Positions 1 through 13,424 are shown, numbered from the stretch's first letter. The stretch: 64,000 nucleotides of DNA from the human T2T-CHM13v2.0 reference genome, Homo sapiens (GCF_009914755.1 NC_060927.1); one strand, 5' to 3'. Notes: a model not told the origin generated them from the letters alone. Translations and numbers: made by a program.

Positions 1-165
<165 letters not shown>

Positions 166-1796
166 TAAAAATATAAAAAATGTATCCCTTTCTTGAAAAT
201 ATCACCGTGTTTCACTGCATGATGCCAAATATCTCAAAAGGTATTGTTTTATATATTTTGCCCAGTTGTTTCAAATTGACTTACTTTTACTTAAGAGTGA
301 ACTGTAAAGCTTTAGAACCTATACCAGTTTGTATTCAGAAATACCAATATGTGCCCTAATTCCTCCATTTTACATGTAGAAGTTGCATAATCTTCAATAT
401 TAGAACACTTATTTTTTAGACAATTTTAAAATAAGTTGATATTTTAGGTGTTGACTAATTAACCTATAAAAATGAGGAGATGATTTCCCATCACCATTCT
501 CATAAGGAATGGATTCTTAATAATGGCCTTTCAAATTTCTCTTTGTATATCTAGCAAATTCTAGCCAATTATGATAATATTGGGGAACTCAAAGGAAAGC
601 TGAAACTAGAAACATGTTTTAAATATATTTCAATGCAATGAAAACTGGCATTTACTTTTTTTTCTGAAAATGCATAGTGTTAAAGAAAATGCATATTCTA
701 ATTTCAAATAATATTGTCAAATTTTAATATGTCATAAGACTACCTATTATTTGCTGACTTTCTCCTTCCAAGACATTTCTTTTCTTTTCTCAAGGCTTTC
801 CAATTTGTTAATTTCTCCCAAATTTCAAATCACAAATTTGCATCAATTTCTAAAAGGTTATATGACAATCATCTTGAAATTTATTTTGTCTGTCAATCAC
901 AAGATTAACCTACTTTTATTCATTCAATTCATTGATAAATCACTTTAAAATTAAAAAAAAACCTGAGAGAAAGATCTGATCCAGTTTGTTCATAGACTTG
1001 AGGTGAATTCTATGGGTGTACATCAGAACTGGACAGTGATATCAGGTGATGGTACGTACACATTGTTGTATTTAAAATAGATTCTCCTTTTTATCACGTA
1101 AGTCTCTGAAAAGTTTCCAGACAAACTGGAGGTCATTTTTGTTGACCTACATATTGGACTGAAAAAAAATTCTGAGTTGGAACTTAGTGTGCTAAGTTTT
1201 ATGCAAGTCCTGGTTCACTTTTATCATTTTTCTCATTCAAAAATATTTTAAAAATCATTTAAGTAAAAATGGGAGTGTTTATCTTTCACTCATTCCAGAG
1301 TATTTTCCCAACTCTATCAGTGTTTTAATAAGCTCCAAAAAATAAGTTTTTAGAAAAGGGAAGTGATGTCAAGAGTTGAGGAACCCCACTGCAACACACT
1401 AAAGAACAGAATTAATGTGTCTTTGATAAAAAGGTCAGAAAAGAAATGCCAATAGCAATATTTTATAAATGATTTCACCAATCAAAAGTATAAAGGACAC
1501 AAGAAAACTGAGCCACCAGCAGGTCTTCAAAGCAGTTTCTGACTCCTTGTGTCTTTAAACTTTAGACTTAAGAAATCACACCAGTTGTAACATGTGGGGC
1601 AATATGATCATTACAAATTTGACCAGTATTTAACAATTGCCTACATAAATCAGAATTAAGCGTTTCTATGCTCTCGTGTCTGACACCTTAATGTTGCAGT
1701 ACAGAATTCTTGAACCCAGTTATGACAGTCTTCAATTTTGTTTTTCTGCTTCTTTTCTTAACATGCGTATACCTAGATCAGGCCATTGTCTGAAAC

Positions 1797-1962
1797 CTTT
1801 CTGCTAAAAAGGTGTTTTGCAGATCAGCAACATTAGCATCACCTGGGAGCTCATTAAAAATGCAGAATCTGAGGCCCCACTTAGGACCTACTGAATTAGA
1901 ATCTGCAGTTTAATGTTGTACCCGGAAGACACCTATGCATATTAAAACGTCGGAAGCATTGG
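1797..1962 (+). mobile_element. MER5A (hAT-Charlie MITE)
   Basis: cagcaacattagcatcacctgggagctcattaaaaatgcagaatctgaggcccc...ctactgaattagaatctgca matches the MER5A core. Confidence 0.85.
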
Positions 1963-2189
1963 ATTAAAGGACTCTCGTAAGTGTCTGAGAGAGTCTTGCT
2001 GGCAACACGGGAAGTATGACATTTTCTTATAACTTTCCCTGCTATTATTACCTTTGTCCAATGAATTTCTTCATCTTTTTTTTTTTGGAATACCATTTTA
2101 TATATTTAGATTTACTGATTCAGGCTCTTGCTACTCATTTCTCCTCCTCCTCAGAGCAGTAATAGTGATGTTTTAAAATTTAAATCTCC

Positions 2190-2568
2190 CTCTCCATTCT
2201 TCATTCATATTACTCCTCCCATTGCTTGCAGAATCTAGCCACATTCTATCAGTTGAACACTCCAAAGCTTTTCCTGTTTCTGCTTAGAACACGTTGTTGC
2301 TAGCTGATCAATGTATACAGGTCAGGCCCTTCACTTGTCTTTTGTCAGCTCAAATAACCTGTCCTGTGAGGGGCTACCTGTTTTGCAAACCAGACACTTT
2401 CTAAATTTCAACTTTGTAGTTGATATTACTTCAAAGTACATATCATGATCTGAAATCACTAATTGTGGGCAAGGAACTTGTATATCTTGCTTACCTTGAA
2501 ATACTGTCACAAGAAACAGTGTTTACTCTGTAAGTCCTTCATAATTATTTTTGACTAAATAAATGAAT
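2190..2568 (+). mobile_element. L2 3' fragment (degraded)
   Basis: L2-like 3' region ending ...ttgactaaataaatgaat. Confidence 0.45.
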
Positions 2569-2589
2569 TGGTCTCTTATTTTATATCTT

Positions 2590-2890
2590 ATTCATTCAGT
2601 TCATGTAATTACCTAAATATATATGGAGTGCATACAATTTTCTAGTCATTTTCCTAAGTGCTACTGATAAGGTGAAAAAACAAAAAAAAATGAAAGAGTC
2701 TCAGCTTCTACCCTATATATGCTCTTGCAGAGACAGGCATATATAATGACAGATTACAATAAATGAATAGGATTTTGATAGGAGAGGGGGTCATTTTAGG
2801 CAGAGAAACACATGCAAAAGCTAGTATGAAAGAACCTGATATCTTAATGAAATGATGAGACTCATCATGGTTAATCACTTTAAAATTACT
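2590..2890 (-). mobile_element. L2 3' fragment (degraded)
   Basis: ttcattcag...atatggagtgcatac...cctaagtgct is a typical antisense L2 3' end. Confidence 0.45.
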
Positions 2891-3422
2891 CTAACAGAAG
2901 ACATTTACTAGCTATAGGTAGAAGTAGGGAAAGACACAAGAAAATGCAACAGCCTATAGGTTACCAGAAGGAGTATCTAGGATGTGTTTTGGATGATGTG
3001 AGTCAAATTCGCATGTGCATATGAATAATCTGGGAATCTTGTTAAATGATAGGAGACTACTTACGGCTGAAGCATAATTTTTGTGAGATTGCCAGGACCT
3101 CCTGAGATTACTTGACTTCTCCACTCTTCTATATCTGAATACAAATAAATGAAAACAAAAATAAAAACCATGCAAACAAATAAACAAAAATTAATTTTAA
3201 AAAGCCACTATGAAAGACAAAATGCACAAGACAATTAAGGATATAATTTTATTCTGGCTATGCAATCAGCAGAACTTTAATTGATAAAGAATGTCTCAAA
3301 GAGGAAGGGGATCATTAGGCACTTATAAAACAAGGTAATAATTGAGGAATGGTGGAGGTAGGCCTTATAAGGTGGTCATTTACAGTTTTTCTGAACACAA
3401 ATTGTTGGGAGGATTTTGTAAC

Positions 3423-3785
3423 TGATATGGCTTGGCTGTGTTTCCACCCCAATTTCATCTTGAATTGTAGCTCCCAAAATTCCTTCATGTTGTGGGAGGG
3501 ACCCAGTGGGAGATAATTGAATCATGGGGATAGTTTCCCCCATACTGTTCTCATGGTGGTGAATAAGTCTCATGAGAGTTGACAGTTTTATAAGGGGAAA
3601 CCCCTTTTGCTTGGCTCTCATTCTTCCCTTGTCTGCCACCATGTGAGACATGCCTTTCTGCTTCTACCATGATTGTGAGGCCTCCCCAGCCATGTGGAAC
3701 TGTGAGTCTGTTAAGCCTCTTTCTTTTGTAGATTGCCAAGTCTCGGGTATGTGTGAAAACAGCAGTATGAAAGCAGACTAATACA
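3423..3785 (+). mobile_element. THE1 (THE1C-like) MaLR solo LTR
   Basis: Termini tgatatggcttggctgtg...gactaataca; perfect 5-bp TSD GTAAC at 3418-3422 and 3786-3790; contains ggaaaccccttttgcttggctctcattc. Confidence 0.92.
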
Positions 3786-4407
3786 GTAACCTTCTGTGTA
3801 TTTTAGAAGCATGGTGCTCAGGTGAAATTTAACACTCTCACTACCAACCTCCCCTCCTTTGAAGAGCTTACAAGGGTAAAATTTAATCTTGGAATTTTTT
3901 CAACTCTATCAAAATGTGTATTACTCATATGCATTTCTCAGGTATAGCAGTATTAATAAGACAAATCAGAATGCAAATTATACATAAAAATAAATAAAAT
4001 ATCTAGCATTAACATGAAACTTCATATTTGGAATATAGAAAATTTAAGCCAAAATAAGTCTTTAATTTTTAGATATTGAGAAGTTTAAAAACAGTGACAA
4101 ATTACATTCAGTGTGGTAAATATTTTGTAGTTCAAAATTAACTTTCTAATTCCCTAAAATGATATCATGTCTGTTTAAAGAATTACCTGTTTGACCCTGT
4201 GTCTTACATTGAATTTAAATAGTACCAAAAAAGAATATAATTTGCATGCAGTTGGTGCTCCATAAATATTTACGGATTATAGGGATTTATAATTTAGTTC
4301 AAATAATATTACTAAATATCAATATTCTTTCAAGTTTAATTTAAAGTTTATGTACAAAATCTATTTCTTAGAGATGAGAAGGCTTGTTTATTTAGAAAGG
4401 ACAATGT

Positions 4408-4630
4408 CAATGGTTCTAAACAAAGGATGATTTCTCTCTCCAAGGGACATTGGACAAAGACTGGAAACATTCTAGATTGTCATAAAATGACTTTGAAGAG
4501 TGCTAATGGCATCTAGTAGGTAAGGTGAAGGTAAAGTTAAAGGTAAAGAGATACTGCTAAACAGCCTAGTTTGCACAGAACAGAATTATTTGGCTTGAAA
4601 TGTCAGTAGTGCTGAGGATGAAAGTCCCCA
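4408..4630 (+). mobile_element. MER20 (hAT-Charlie MITE)
   Basis: caatggttct...gggacattgg...gtgctaatggcatctagtagg...tgctaaaca...aaatgtcagtagtgctgagg follows the MER20 consensus. Confidence 0.85.
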
Positions 4631-5468
4631 AACTAAATGTGTTTGTATATAGATGAATATGTGCTCAAGTCCTTAGAGATCTAGATAATGTGCATCAATG
4701 TGTGTATTCATAATTTTCTGGAAATTCTGAAGCCCTGTACCTTCTTTGTCTAGCTAGAAAAGCTATGACAATCTATCACTATAATCTTAATTGAGAATGC
4801 TTCAATTTTGGTTGCCAATTATTCTCTGATGGAGCAAAGATGCTCTGGTTCTAACTAGAATAAACAAATGGCTTTCTTTTGATTTTGGATCCCCAGTCCA
4901 AAATAAAAAAGTAAAAAGATGATAGAGTAACACTGACATCATACAAATATAAATCCTAAATATCTAGAATATTATTAATTTTGGTCTTTGACTATTTGTA
5001 ATTTTGAAAGAAACAATGAAAAGATTTGAAAGCTATGGCTTCAAAATATGTCTCAGAAATATTTTTTATCTTGGTACATTTCAGAGAGAGAGAAGAAAAG
5101 GGAGATTGTTTCGTTTCTTTCTATACTTAAAGATTCACAGACATTCATGTAACTATATGAAGAATTTTTTAATTTAACTTGGGGAGGAGGAGAATAATAC
5201 ATGATCAAACAAGGTCAGTTAAATAAAATGTAGTCAGTGAATTGTAGACTCATCAAAACAAGATTAGAATGATTAAATTTTTATATCTGACAGATTTTGT
5301 ATTGTTAACAAAAATATATTTCAAAAATTGTAGTCACCCACATCAGAACATTTGTAAGGACAAAATACATAAAACAAAGCCACTGGAAAACGTCAATCAC
5401 CTGAAATTTAGGCAAGAACAAAGAAAAGATGATAATATGAGGAAATAATTGCTACTATCTAAGCACAT

Positions 5469-5914
5469 TGTTACCCTAAATAAGAGAGAGAGAGATCTTC
5501 ATTTATTTGGAAATAAATGTTCCCAAATATTTTTTACCATTGCAATGGAAATATGCATGTCATAGTAAACTTTGTATTCAGGGAAGAAAAGGAAGATGAA
5601 GGTTTTTAAAGGAAAAAAAATAAGGAGAATTAGTTGTTTTGAAATAATTATCCTTGGTTACAAAGATCAGTAAAAAGTGTGACACCGGTCTAAGGTTGGA
5701 CAGATAGTTGTTGGACAGATGTTCTTGCAGAAGTAGCTTTTGTTTAAGGTTGCAACAGCCTTTGTGCAGGGTTATGGTTTTTGCAGAGTCTTTTGCGATA
5801 CTTTTTGTTATCAATCATACAAGCACGAGAACCTTCTCTTCATGCCATTTCTCAGCTGTTTGTCTGGGTTGTTGTAACACTAGTGATCCCCTTTTGATTC
5901 TGACAACTTTCACA
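5469..5914 (-). mobile_element. 3' LTR of the provirus (LTR37-like; name tentative)
   Basis: On minus it begins TGTGAAAGTTGTCAGAATCAAAA; aligns along its length with 12924-13424 (e.g. cagatgt.cttgcagaagta). Confidence 0.85.
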
Positions 5915-5927
5915 TTTCCCCCTTTGA
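5915..5927 (-). other. polypurine tract (PPT) of the provirus
   Basis: tttccccctttga reads TCAAAGGGGGAAA on minus and abuts the 3' LTR. Confidence 0.8.
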
Positions 5928-8900
5928 TTAAAATCTTTCTTTGAAAGTTTCACTGATTAATCATCTTGTAGTTAGGTTTTGATGTCCCTTGGTCCTGAAA
6001 TGGTGCTGTCCTGGTTGCTGGTCTCATCTCACATTTGGGAGGAGTAATTGGTGCCTAGGAATCAGTATCAAAACCCTTTTAACCACACTTGAACCAGAAA
6101 TGAACTTGAACAAGAGGAGAATGACTCTCAATCAAAGTCTACCTGGATTCCATTATTAAGTTAAATTTTGTCTGTTTCATAGTCGTTTGTCATCAACTAT
6201 TTTGGGCCATCATAATTTTGTTAGTAGTTGTACTTCTGCAAAAAATTTAACAAGTAATAGTTACAAAGTTTAAAAAGGGACAAATATAAAGTAAAATTAA
6301 TAATAATATGATAACTTCGGTTTGCATAATGGTTTTAAGCCATGGACCTAGGCTTAAAGGCAAAGAATTGAAAAAGCCAAATGATCATAGGAACTTAGGT
6401 GGTATCTGTTGTAACCATGTAGCCATTTTATTATTATTATTTTGTGTATATGGCTCTTAACTTTTGAAGAGGAATTTTTCCAGGTGCAGCATGGAGTGTT
6501 AACAATAGCACAGACCTTTTCTTACTAGCCAGTGGATATTAAAGGAATTTTTAGGTTAAGTTCTGTTAAGTTAACAGCAAAAGCTATTGACTGTAAAATT
6601 TCAATTATATCATTATACTGCCAAGGGAAAAGATAGGCATTAAGATGGGTGAGATTCTTGTTATGATAGGAAATTTTATTCTGACATCTTGAAAAAAAGC
6701 TTCCTACATCATGAAAATGTCAGCTTCTCCTGGATCAGTGTGAATGTCTTTGTTTATGACATTGAGTGATTTGATGAACTTTTTTTTGTAAAGCCTATAT
6801 ATCAGTCAGGAGGATTGTTCTTTAAAATTTATCTAGTTTCAGCTTACCAAATTTTAGGAACACAGTAGTTTTTATTTTTAGTTGTAGAATTGTAGCCAAA
6901 TGTTATAGGAAATTAGGAGAGTTCAGGGTCTAGCCCAAACTACAGGTAGATAACAAGAACTTGAAAACAATGCACAGGGCTACAATCCAATGGCAGATAT
7001 ATCATAGACTTTTTCTTTAGAAATATAACTTTTTTTCTCTTTATGTAGGAATTTCAGATTATAAAACCTTTTGAGGCTAGGAAGCCAAACCAAGGCAGAC
7101 TTTAGATTTTACTTACAGTCTTAAAGTACTTGAGCCTGCCAGGAAGTGACAATTTGTACTCACTCATGGTAAGGCTAGGGACTCTTGAAACAAGGCATTT
7201 TATGCACATTTTAAATACGTAATTTCAGTCAAAGTCTTGGTAATATAACCAATGCTTCCAATTGTATCCTGATTATAAATAGAGAGCATATTTTTACTAA
7301 AATTATGTAACTGATCATACTGTCATAAAAAATAAGAATACTCATGAATAGTTGCTGAATTTTGGAGGAATAAAATAGGGAAAAAAGCAAATGCTTCCAT
7401 ATTTGTTCACAAAAGTATACTTTACCAAATTGTTGTAAACTGTAGATTAGCATATGTGAGAAAGTTTTCTTAAATCTGGAAAACAAAACATTTAAGTAAA
7501 GAATGAACAATGTTTTAAATAAAAGCCATAAAATGGAAGCTTCATCAATTACTTAATTTCATGTAATCTTTTTGTTTTAATTGATCTTGATTAGTAGTTT
7601 CATGAACCTTTAGTTTATTTATTAGAGTTCTGGGAATTTTTATTTAGTTCATTAACCTTAGGGTTATCAGAAATTTGTGTTTAAGAATACATGCAAAAAT
7701 CTTTTTGATAAAAAGTAAGTTTGGGCTGTAACTGATTGCAAATACTTTTGGAGAAGAATTCAAAACAATAACAATAGATAATAAAATCTTTCAATAGCCA
7801 TAGTCAAAAATTTTATGAAAATTCCCAGCCGACAAGGAAATTCAGTTATTTCTATTACATATAGCATTTTATGATAACCATAATCATGTAATGGGGTCAC
7901 ATCAGGACCATCAGACTTTTATAAATTTCATAAAATCTTTAGAACGCTCACATTAATAAAGTGTCTGTACAAATATAAGTTTAGAAAAGATTTAATATAA
8001 CAAAAATTATGACTGAAACATATTTGATTTTTATAAATGTTTATACTTTTTGAAACATTTTTATTAATAATATACCCATAAATGTCACTGAAAGATATAG
8101 TGTCACTTATCATTTGGCAATGCTTCAAATAGAATTTACCAAATAAGTCTAATTATTTAACATCTTTACAAGATGAGAGGTACACTTTTTGATGCTCTCC
8201 AGGGGCCCACTGGGAAATGCCAAAATTAATTCTTGGTCAAAAAGACTTAACTTAGAACTTTGATTTGGGGGAAGCCCATCAAAAATGACAAAATTTTCAA
8301 AACAATTGATTAAAACAGATTCACAGGTCACTATAAAATAATATTCATTCAAACAGAAAAATACTTTAAAAACTTCAAAAGCAATACAGAAATTTACATG
8401 GATTTAACCAGAAAGGTAAAGAAAAACCTCCTATAATGAAATTGTTTCTTATTATGGGAAGCCCATTTAGAAAACCTGGAGGTTGAATCTGATGAAAAGG
8501 GTACTTGAATTTTATGAGACACAGTAAGAGGGTGTCCAGGCTTATGAGTCTGAACTATATTATAGAAGAATGTAAAAAGAAAACTAGTACCTTGAGCAGG
8601 GTAATACATGGCTTTTACTACAAGCATGGGAAGTTTCCTGCTTACGGAGAAAATTCAGTCAAATTTTGAAAAAGGCAAGAATAGAGAAACAAGTAATACT
8701 GGAGGAAGAATTCCTTCTTTAGAACTTCAAGATAAACATTTCAGCATCAGGCCATATCAGCAGAGGTACAAGTAGAGAAAACGAAATGTTACAGAAACTG
8801 AAGAAAAGATTGAAGAAGCGAGTTATCACCACCACCAAGCAAAAAGATACACTGTTTGAAGAAAAGAAAGAACAAAAGGCAATGATGTATGACCTGCAAA

Positions 8901-9824
8901 TCATGTGCAGAAGATACAGCAAAAACTGAACGTATGAGATAGAAATCTGAGAAGCTTCAAGAAGAAGAATTTCACCTCAAGAAATGAAATTACCATTCTC
9001 AATGAAAAAGACAGCATTTCCAACCGAAACTAGGGGAATTAAATAGACCTCAGGAAAAAGTGTTGCAAAAATAGAAACTCCCTGTAGTTTAAAAGATGGC
9101 TGTTAAAGAATTAAATATCAGAATTAAAAACTTAACCTCTTACATTTTATTAGGAGCAAATCAATAATTTAAGAAAACCTTGTTTTTCTAACATAGGAAA
9201 TCACATATTGTAGTTTTATATTAATGTAATTTTAATATCCAGGATCAATCTTTAGAAAGACTTACAAATAACACTAATTATAGCCATCTTGATTACACAC
9301 AAAATTTCTTTCATATATTTTTCCTTTACAAATTTTATCATGACTTACTCAGACCATTGATGACATATTTGGACTTTCTGCTTTGTCCTATACTTCCTCT
9401 TTTTTAAGTAGCCAGTCATTGTACTTCAGGACAAAAGTTTGTCAAATAAAATTCTTTCTCACACGAAATTATTCTCTTTTATTTTTCACCTTTCTTACCA
9501 AAAATATACCTTGATATCCATAATTTTCTTCACATCTCTCTCTCCTACTTACTAGTTCCTTTCCTTCCTTTCTTTCTTGTTTCTAATTACATCCTAAATC
9601 TGTATTTTTGAGAAACATTTAAATACTCTTTAAATCACCCAAAATTATAATTTTTCCTCAATAAACAACACATGTTGGTGCCTTTCTTATCATTTTTTCT
9701 TATTAAAAAAGAAAAAAGTTAGTTTTAGGCACACTTTCTGCAGTGAATTACATATATATTAATTAGATTTTTAACTATTAGTAACTTCAATTTTTAGCAA
9801 GCAGTTTTAAAGATCACATATCAG

Positions 9825-10037
9825 GTTTTTTTGTTTTTTTTTTTTTGGAGATGGAGTCTCACTCTGTTGGGATTACAGGCTCCTGCCACCATGCCCAGCT
9901 AATTTTTTTGTATTTTTTGTAGAGACAAGGTTTCACCATGTTGGCCATGCTGATCTTGAACTCCTAACCTTAGGTGACCCACATGCCTTGGCCTCCCAAA
10001 GTGCTGGGATTACAGGCATGATCCATTGCACCTGGCC
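9825..10037 (-). mobile_element. AluS with internal deletion of the right arm, nested in the provirus
   Basis: gagtctcactctgt joins directly to tgggattacagg; TSD cacatatcag at 9815-9824 and 10038-10047. Confidence 0.92.
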
Positions 10038-10317
10038 CACATATCAGTATTTTTAGATGGAAATCATTTTATAATGTTTAGAAACATATTTCTCATAATA
10101 TTTGTCTATATTAATAGATACAAATATATTTAGCTTTTCCATAAAATTTAAGAAGCCAAGAACAAATTTATATTTATGTTCAGCAATTTGTTTATTTTTT
10201 ATCTTGTTTAAAATGACTCAGATCTTTAATGAGTATCTATAATTTAACATAACTTTAAGATTTTAAATTACTTAAGAAGTTTATTTATAGAAGTCTATCC
10301 CATTTACATTTACCTAA

Positions 10318-10674
10318 TGTATTAGTCTGTTTTCACACTGCTATGAAGATACTATCTGAGACTGGGTAATTTATGATGAAAAAAGGTTTAATTGACTCAT
10401 AGTTATACATGGCTGGGGAGGCCTCAAGAAACTTACAATCATGGTAGAAGGTGAAGGGGAAGGAAGGCACGCCTTACCTGGCAGCAGGAGAGAGAAAGAG
10501 CAAGGAAGTGTCATGCTTTAAAACCATCAGCTCTTATGGGAACTTATTATCGCCATAACAGCGTGGGAAACCACCCCCAAGATCCAATCACCTCTCACCA
10601 GGTCCCTCCCTCAACTCATGGGGATTACAATTAAAGATAAGATTTGGCTACGGACACAGAGCCAAACCCTATCA
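10318..10674 (-). mobile_element. MSTA-like MaLR solo LTR nested in the provirus
   Basis: Termini tgtattagtctgttttcacactgctat...gagccaaaccctatca; TSD cctaa/cccaa (1 mismatch). Confidence 0.88.
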
Positions 10675-12681
10675 CCCAATTTACTAACTTTTTAAAAACA
10701 GTTTACCTAGATTACTTATTAAAACAGATATTAGGTAAAACTAGTCATCATAGCCTGTGAATACCAGGTGTTTACCTAAGTAAGAACCTCAAATATATGG
10801 ATATTTTATTGTTAACTCAGAAGATATAGTCACTTTCATTAAACCAACAATATTAACTTAGTCTTACCAAAATTACACAAAGGTCATTCCATTTTAGGCT
10901 GGGTTTTGTAAAAGTTTTATAACTTTTGTGTCAAATCTTGACACCTTAATGCATCTGTCTGAGACAAGTATAAAATTGTCAAAAAATACTGATAATTTTG
11001 AAGATATTTCTTTTTTTATTTTACCAATGATTTTAAAGCCAGCTTCTTTACTAAAAATTTACTTAAGTCACATTAACTGGAAACCATTTCGGTTAATTAC
11101 TATGTATTTTATATTTTAGATGACAGTCCATTTATCTAAGCCAATATGAATAGAATTCCTTAAGGGATTTCTGGCTGACTATGCCAGAATTTATTTTGTA
11201 GACACAAGATATAATATATTACATGTAAATATGCATAAATATACCGAAACACTGTGTACATACACAAATAAAGACCTTGTAGCTTTCATTCTAGAATTTT
11301 AGTCATGAGGTAGTAATATAATCACACTGGTTTATGAAAGACAGTTGAACCAAAATTATATTTTTGTTAAAATCAGGACCTCTTCACAAGCCTAAACTGT
11401 ACGTGTCCTGATAGGTAGTTTAATGATGGCTGTGGGCCAAAATTTTGAGTAAAATGAGTTTAATTTAAAAAAAAAACTCACCCTCTTTCCTCTTTCAGTG
11501 TTTACATTTTAACTATTTTTTTTTCTGAATTGTATAAGAAAAAAAAAATTTCCTAATAGCCTTGAACTAGTAACAAATGTATTTTTTGTTTGTTACTTTG
11601 GTTTGCTAGACTACCAAATTCAGGCAGAGAATAATTTTACCATCTTCTTGGAAGACTAGGGGCAGAGGGGCTTTTTCTTTTTGGCCTCTGCATGGTAGAA
11701 AATATAAAATTTTTATGTCAGAGATACCTTATATTATTGCTCTGAGGTAAGGATTTTGACCTGTTTGATCTGAGTGCCTAATTCCTATAAACATTTATTT
11801 GATTCTCTACCTTTTAGGTTATTAATTTTTGAACCATAGAGCTGTTGCAATTTATAAAGTCATTATTTTGAAATCCCATAAAAACTTTTTTCTTTCTTTT
11901 TTTCTTTTTTTTTTTTTTTTTACATTTTGGCTGGAATGCCATAAGCAGTGAGTTTTAGCTCAATGCCAGTGGAAAAGTCAGCAGATTCAAAGTAGGCAGA
12001 AAAAAGTATATATATATATATAGCAGAGAACATAGAAGACTATACATGTTAACTTAGAGTTACGGGTTTTTGGAATAATGATCGTTTTAGCTCTGAATTT
12101 TCCATGATGTAATTTTACCCATCAGTTTAAAAAATATGTGGAAGAATGAGCTATACTATGTAACCAGCTAGAGTCCCAGAAAACTTGGTATGCCTTAATG
12201 TTTGGGAATCCCAATAAGATTTTTATCAATCTCTCAGAAACAAAGAAAATTTTATAAATTCTATAGAGGCATGTCAGGAGTTTAGACTGATGTTTTTACA
12301 TGGTGGCAAAGCCCAGTGGCTTTAATTAGCCATCCTTCAATCACCACTTAGAATGTTTATTTTTGCTCTGGAAGGATTTTCAGAAACAAGCAAGGGGAAA
12401 GGGTCAAACAAAATCAAAGATACCAAGATGAGTATTCACTGAAATTTTAAATCAGGCATGCAGATCAAACAAAATATTCAACTAGGCACGCAGACCAAAC
12501 CAAAAGTAATTTATTAGAAAAGACATGCCTCACAGACAAAATGTAAATTCTGAAGAAATCAGAATACTCAATCCAGAAAGACGTATATGTTTATATCAGA
12601 AAAAAAAATTACCAAATAAGACAAAATGTCTTTTATCATCCCAGGAGGCATGTATTGTCTTTTGTTAAGGTATCCTTATCT

Positions 12682-12762
12682 AAATCAGACCCCTAATATC
12701 GAATGTCTTCTACCACAATATTAAACCAGACCCCTAACAATATCGAATGTCTTCTACCACAA
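12682..12762. repeat. ~40-bp tandem duplication in the proviral leader
   Basis: Two copies of aaa(t/c)cagacccctaa(caa)tatcgaatgtcttctaccacaa. Confidence 0.9.
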
Positions 12763-12787
12763 CGAGAGAGGCGCCATCAGAGGGAAG

Positions 12788-12796
12788 ACTCACCAG
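12788..12796 (-). promoter_or_regulatory. candidate major retroviral splice donor
   Basis: actcaccag reads CTG|GTGAGT on minus, about 110 nt downstream of the PBS. Confidence 0.6.
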
Positions 12797-12902
12797 GGCA
12801 GAAAAGGCAGGCCATGGAAGGGGAGAACGCAAAGAACCCCAGTGACTACTGCACACGGGTTCCAAAAATCACAAGTTCCTCCCAGGATTGCTCCTTTCCA
12901 GT

Positions 12903-12919
12903 CCCCATTTCTGACACCA
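12903..12919 (-). other. primer binding site, tRNA-Leu type
   Basis: ccccatttctgacacca versus the tRNA-Leu(CAA) 3' end tcccacttctgacacca (2 mismatches); 4 nt from the LTR. Confidence 0.8.
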
Positions 12920-12923
12920 TATG

Positions 12924-13424
12924 TGTCAATGTGAATAACAGAGAAGCACTATAAAAGAAAAAGATATTTATTGGGGTATAAGCATTGCAATGGGAATACC
13001 TGTGTCACAGTAAACTATGCATATTCAGAAAGGTAAAGGAAGTTAAAAGATTTTAAAAAAATGAAGAGAATGACATAATTGTTTAGAAATAACTATTTTT
13101 GGCTATAAAGATGAATAACAAAGGTGATGCCAGTCTGAGGTTAGAGAAGCAGTTGCTGGGCAGATGTCCTTGCAGAAGTATTTTTTGTATAAGGTTGTAA
13201 TGGCCTTTATGCCTTTGTAATGCTATTACAATGGCATTAAAGTTGTAATGGAATTAAGCCAAAAGGTTGTTGCTTTTGCAGTCTTTTGTGATAGTTTTTG
13301 TTATTGAGCATACAAGCAAAAAACCTCTTCATGGCCTTTGGCCTTCTCCAGCTCTATTTGTCAGGGTTTTCTTTATTTTATTTTTAACATTAGTGACTGG
13401 ATTTTGATTGTGACAACTTTCACA
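12924..13424 (-). mobile_element. 5' LTR of the provirus
   Basis: tgtcaa...gattttgattgtgacaactttcaca; homologous to 5469-5914 with an extra ~50 bp insert. Confidence 0.85.

Larger units (their letters stand above)
5469..13424 (-). mobile_element. complete non-coding ERV1 (MER4-group-like) provirus, LTR-internal-LTR
   Basis: Two homologous LTRs, both ending gacaactttcaca on +; 4-bp TSD ACAT at 5465-5468 and 13425-13428; PBS and PPT adjacent to the correct LTRs; no long internal ORF. Confidence 0.88.

Noticed and set aside
996-1057. Possible small exon (catag|acttgagg...gatg|gtacgt), open in one frame
   Set aside because: The polypyrimidine tract is weak, the peptide is unrecognised and there are no supporting neighbouring exons.
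12903-12919. tRNA-Leu 3' end match as a tRNA gene
   Set aside because: Only 17 nt including CCA, next to an LTR; it is a primer binding site.
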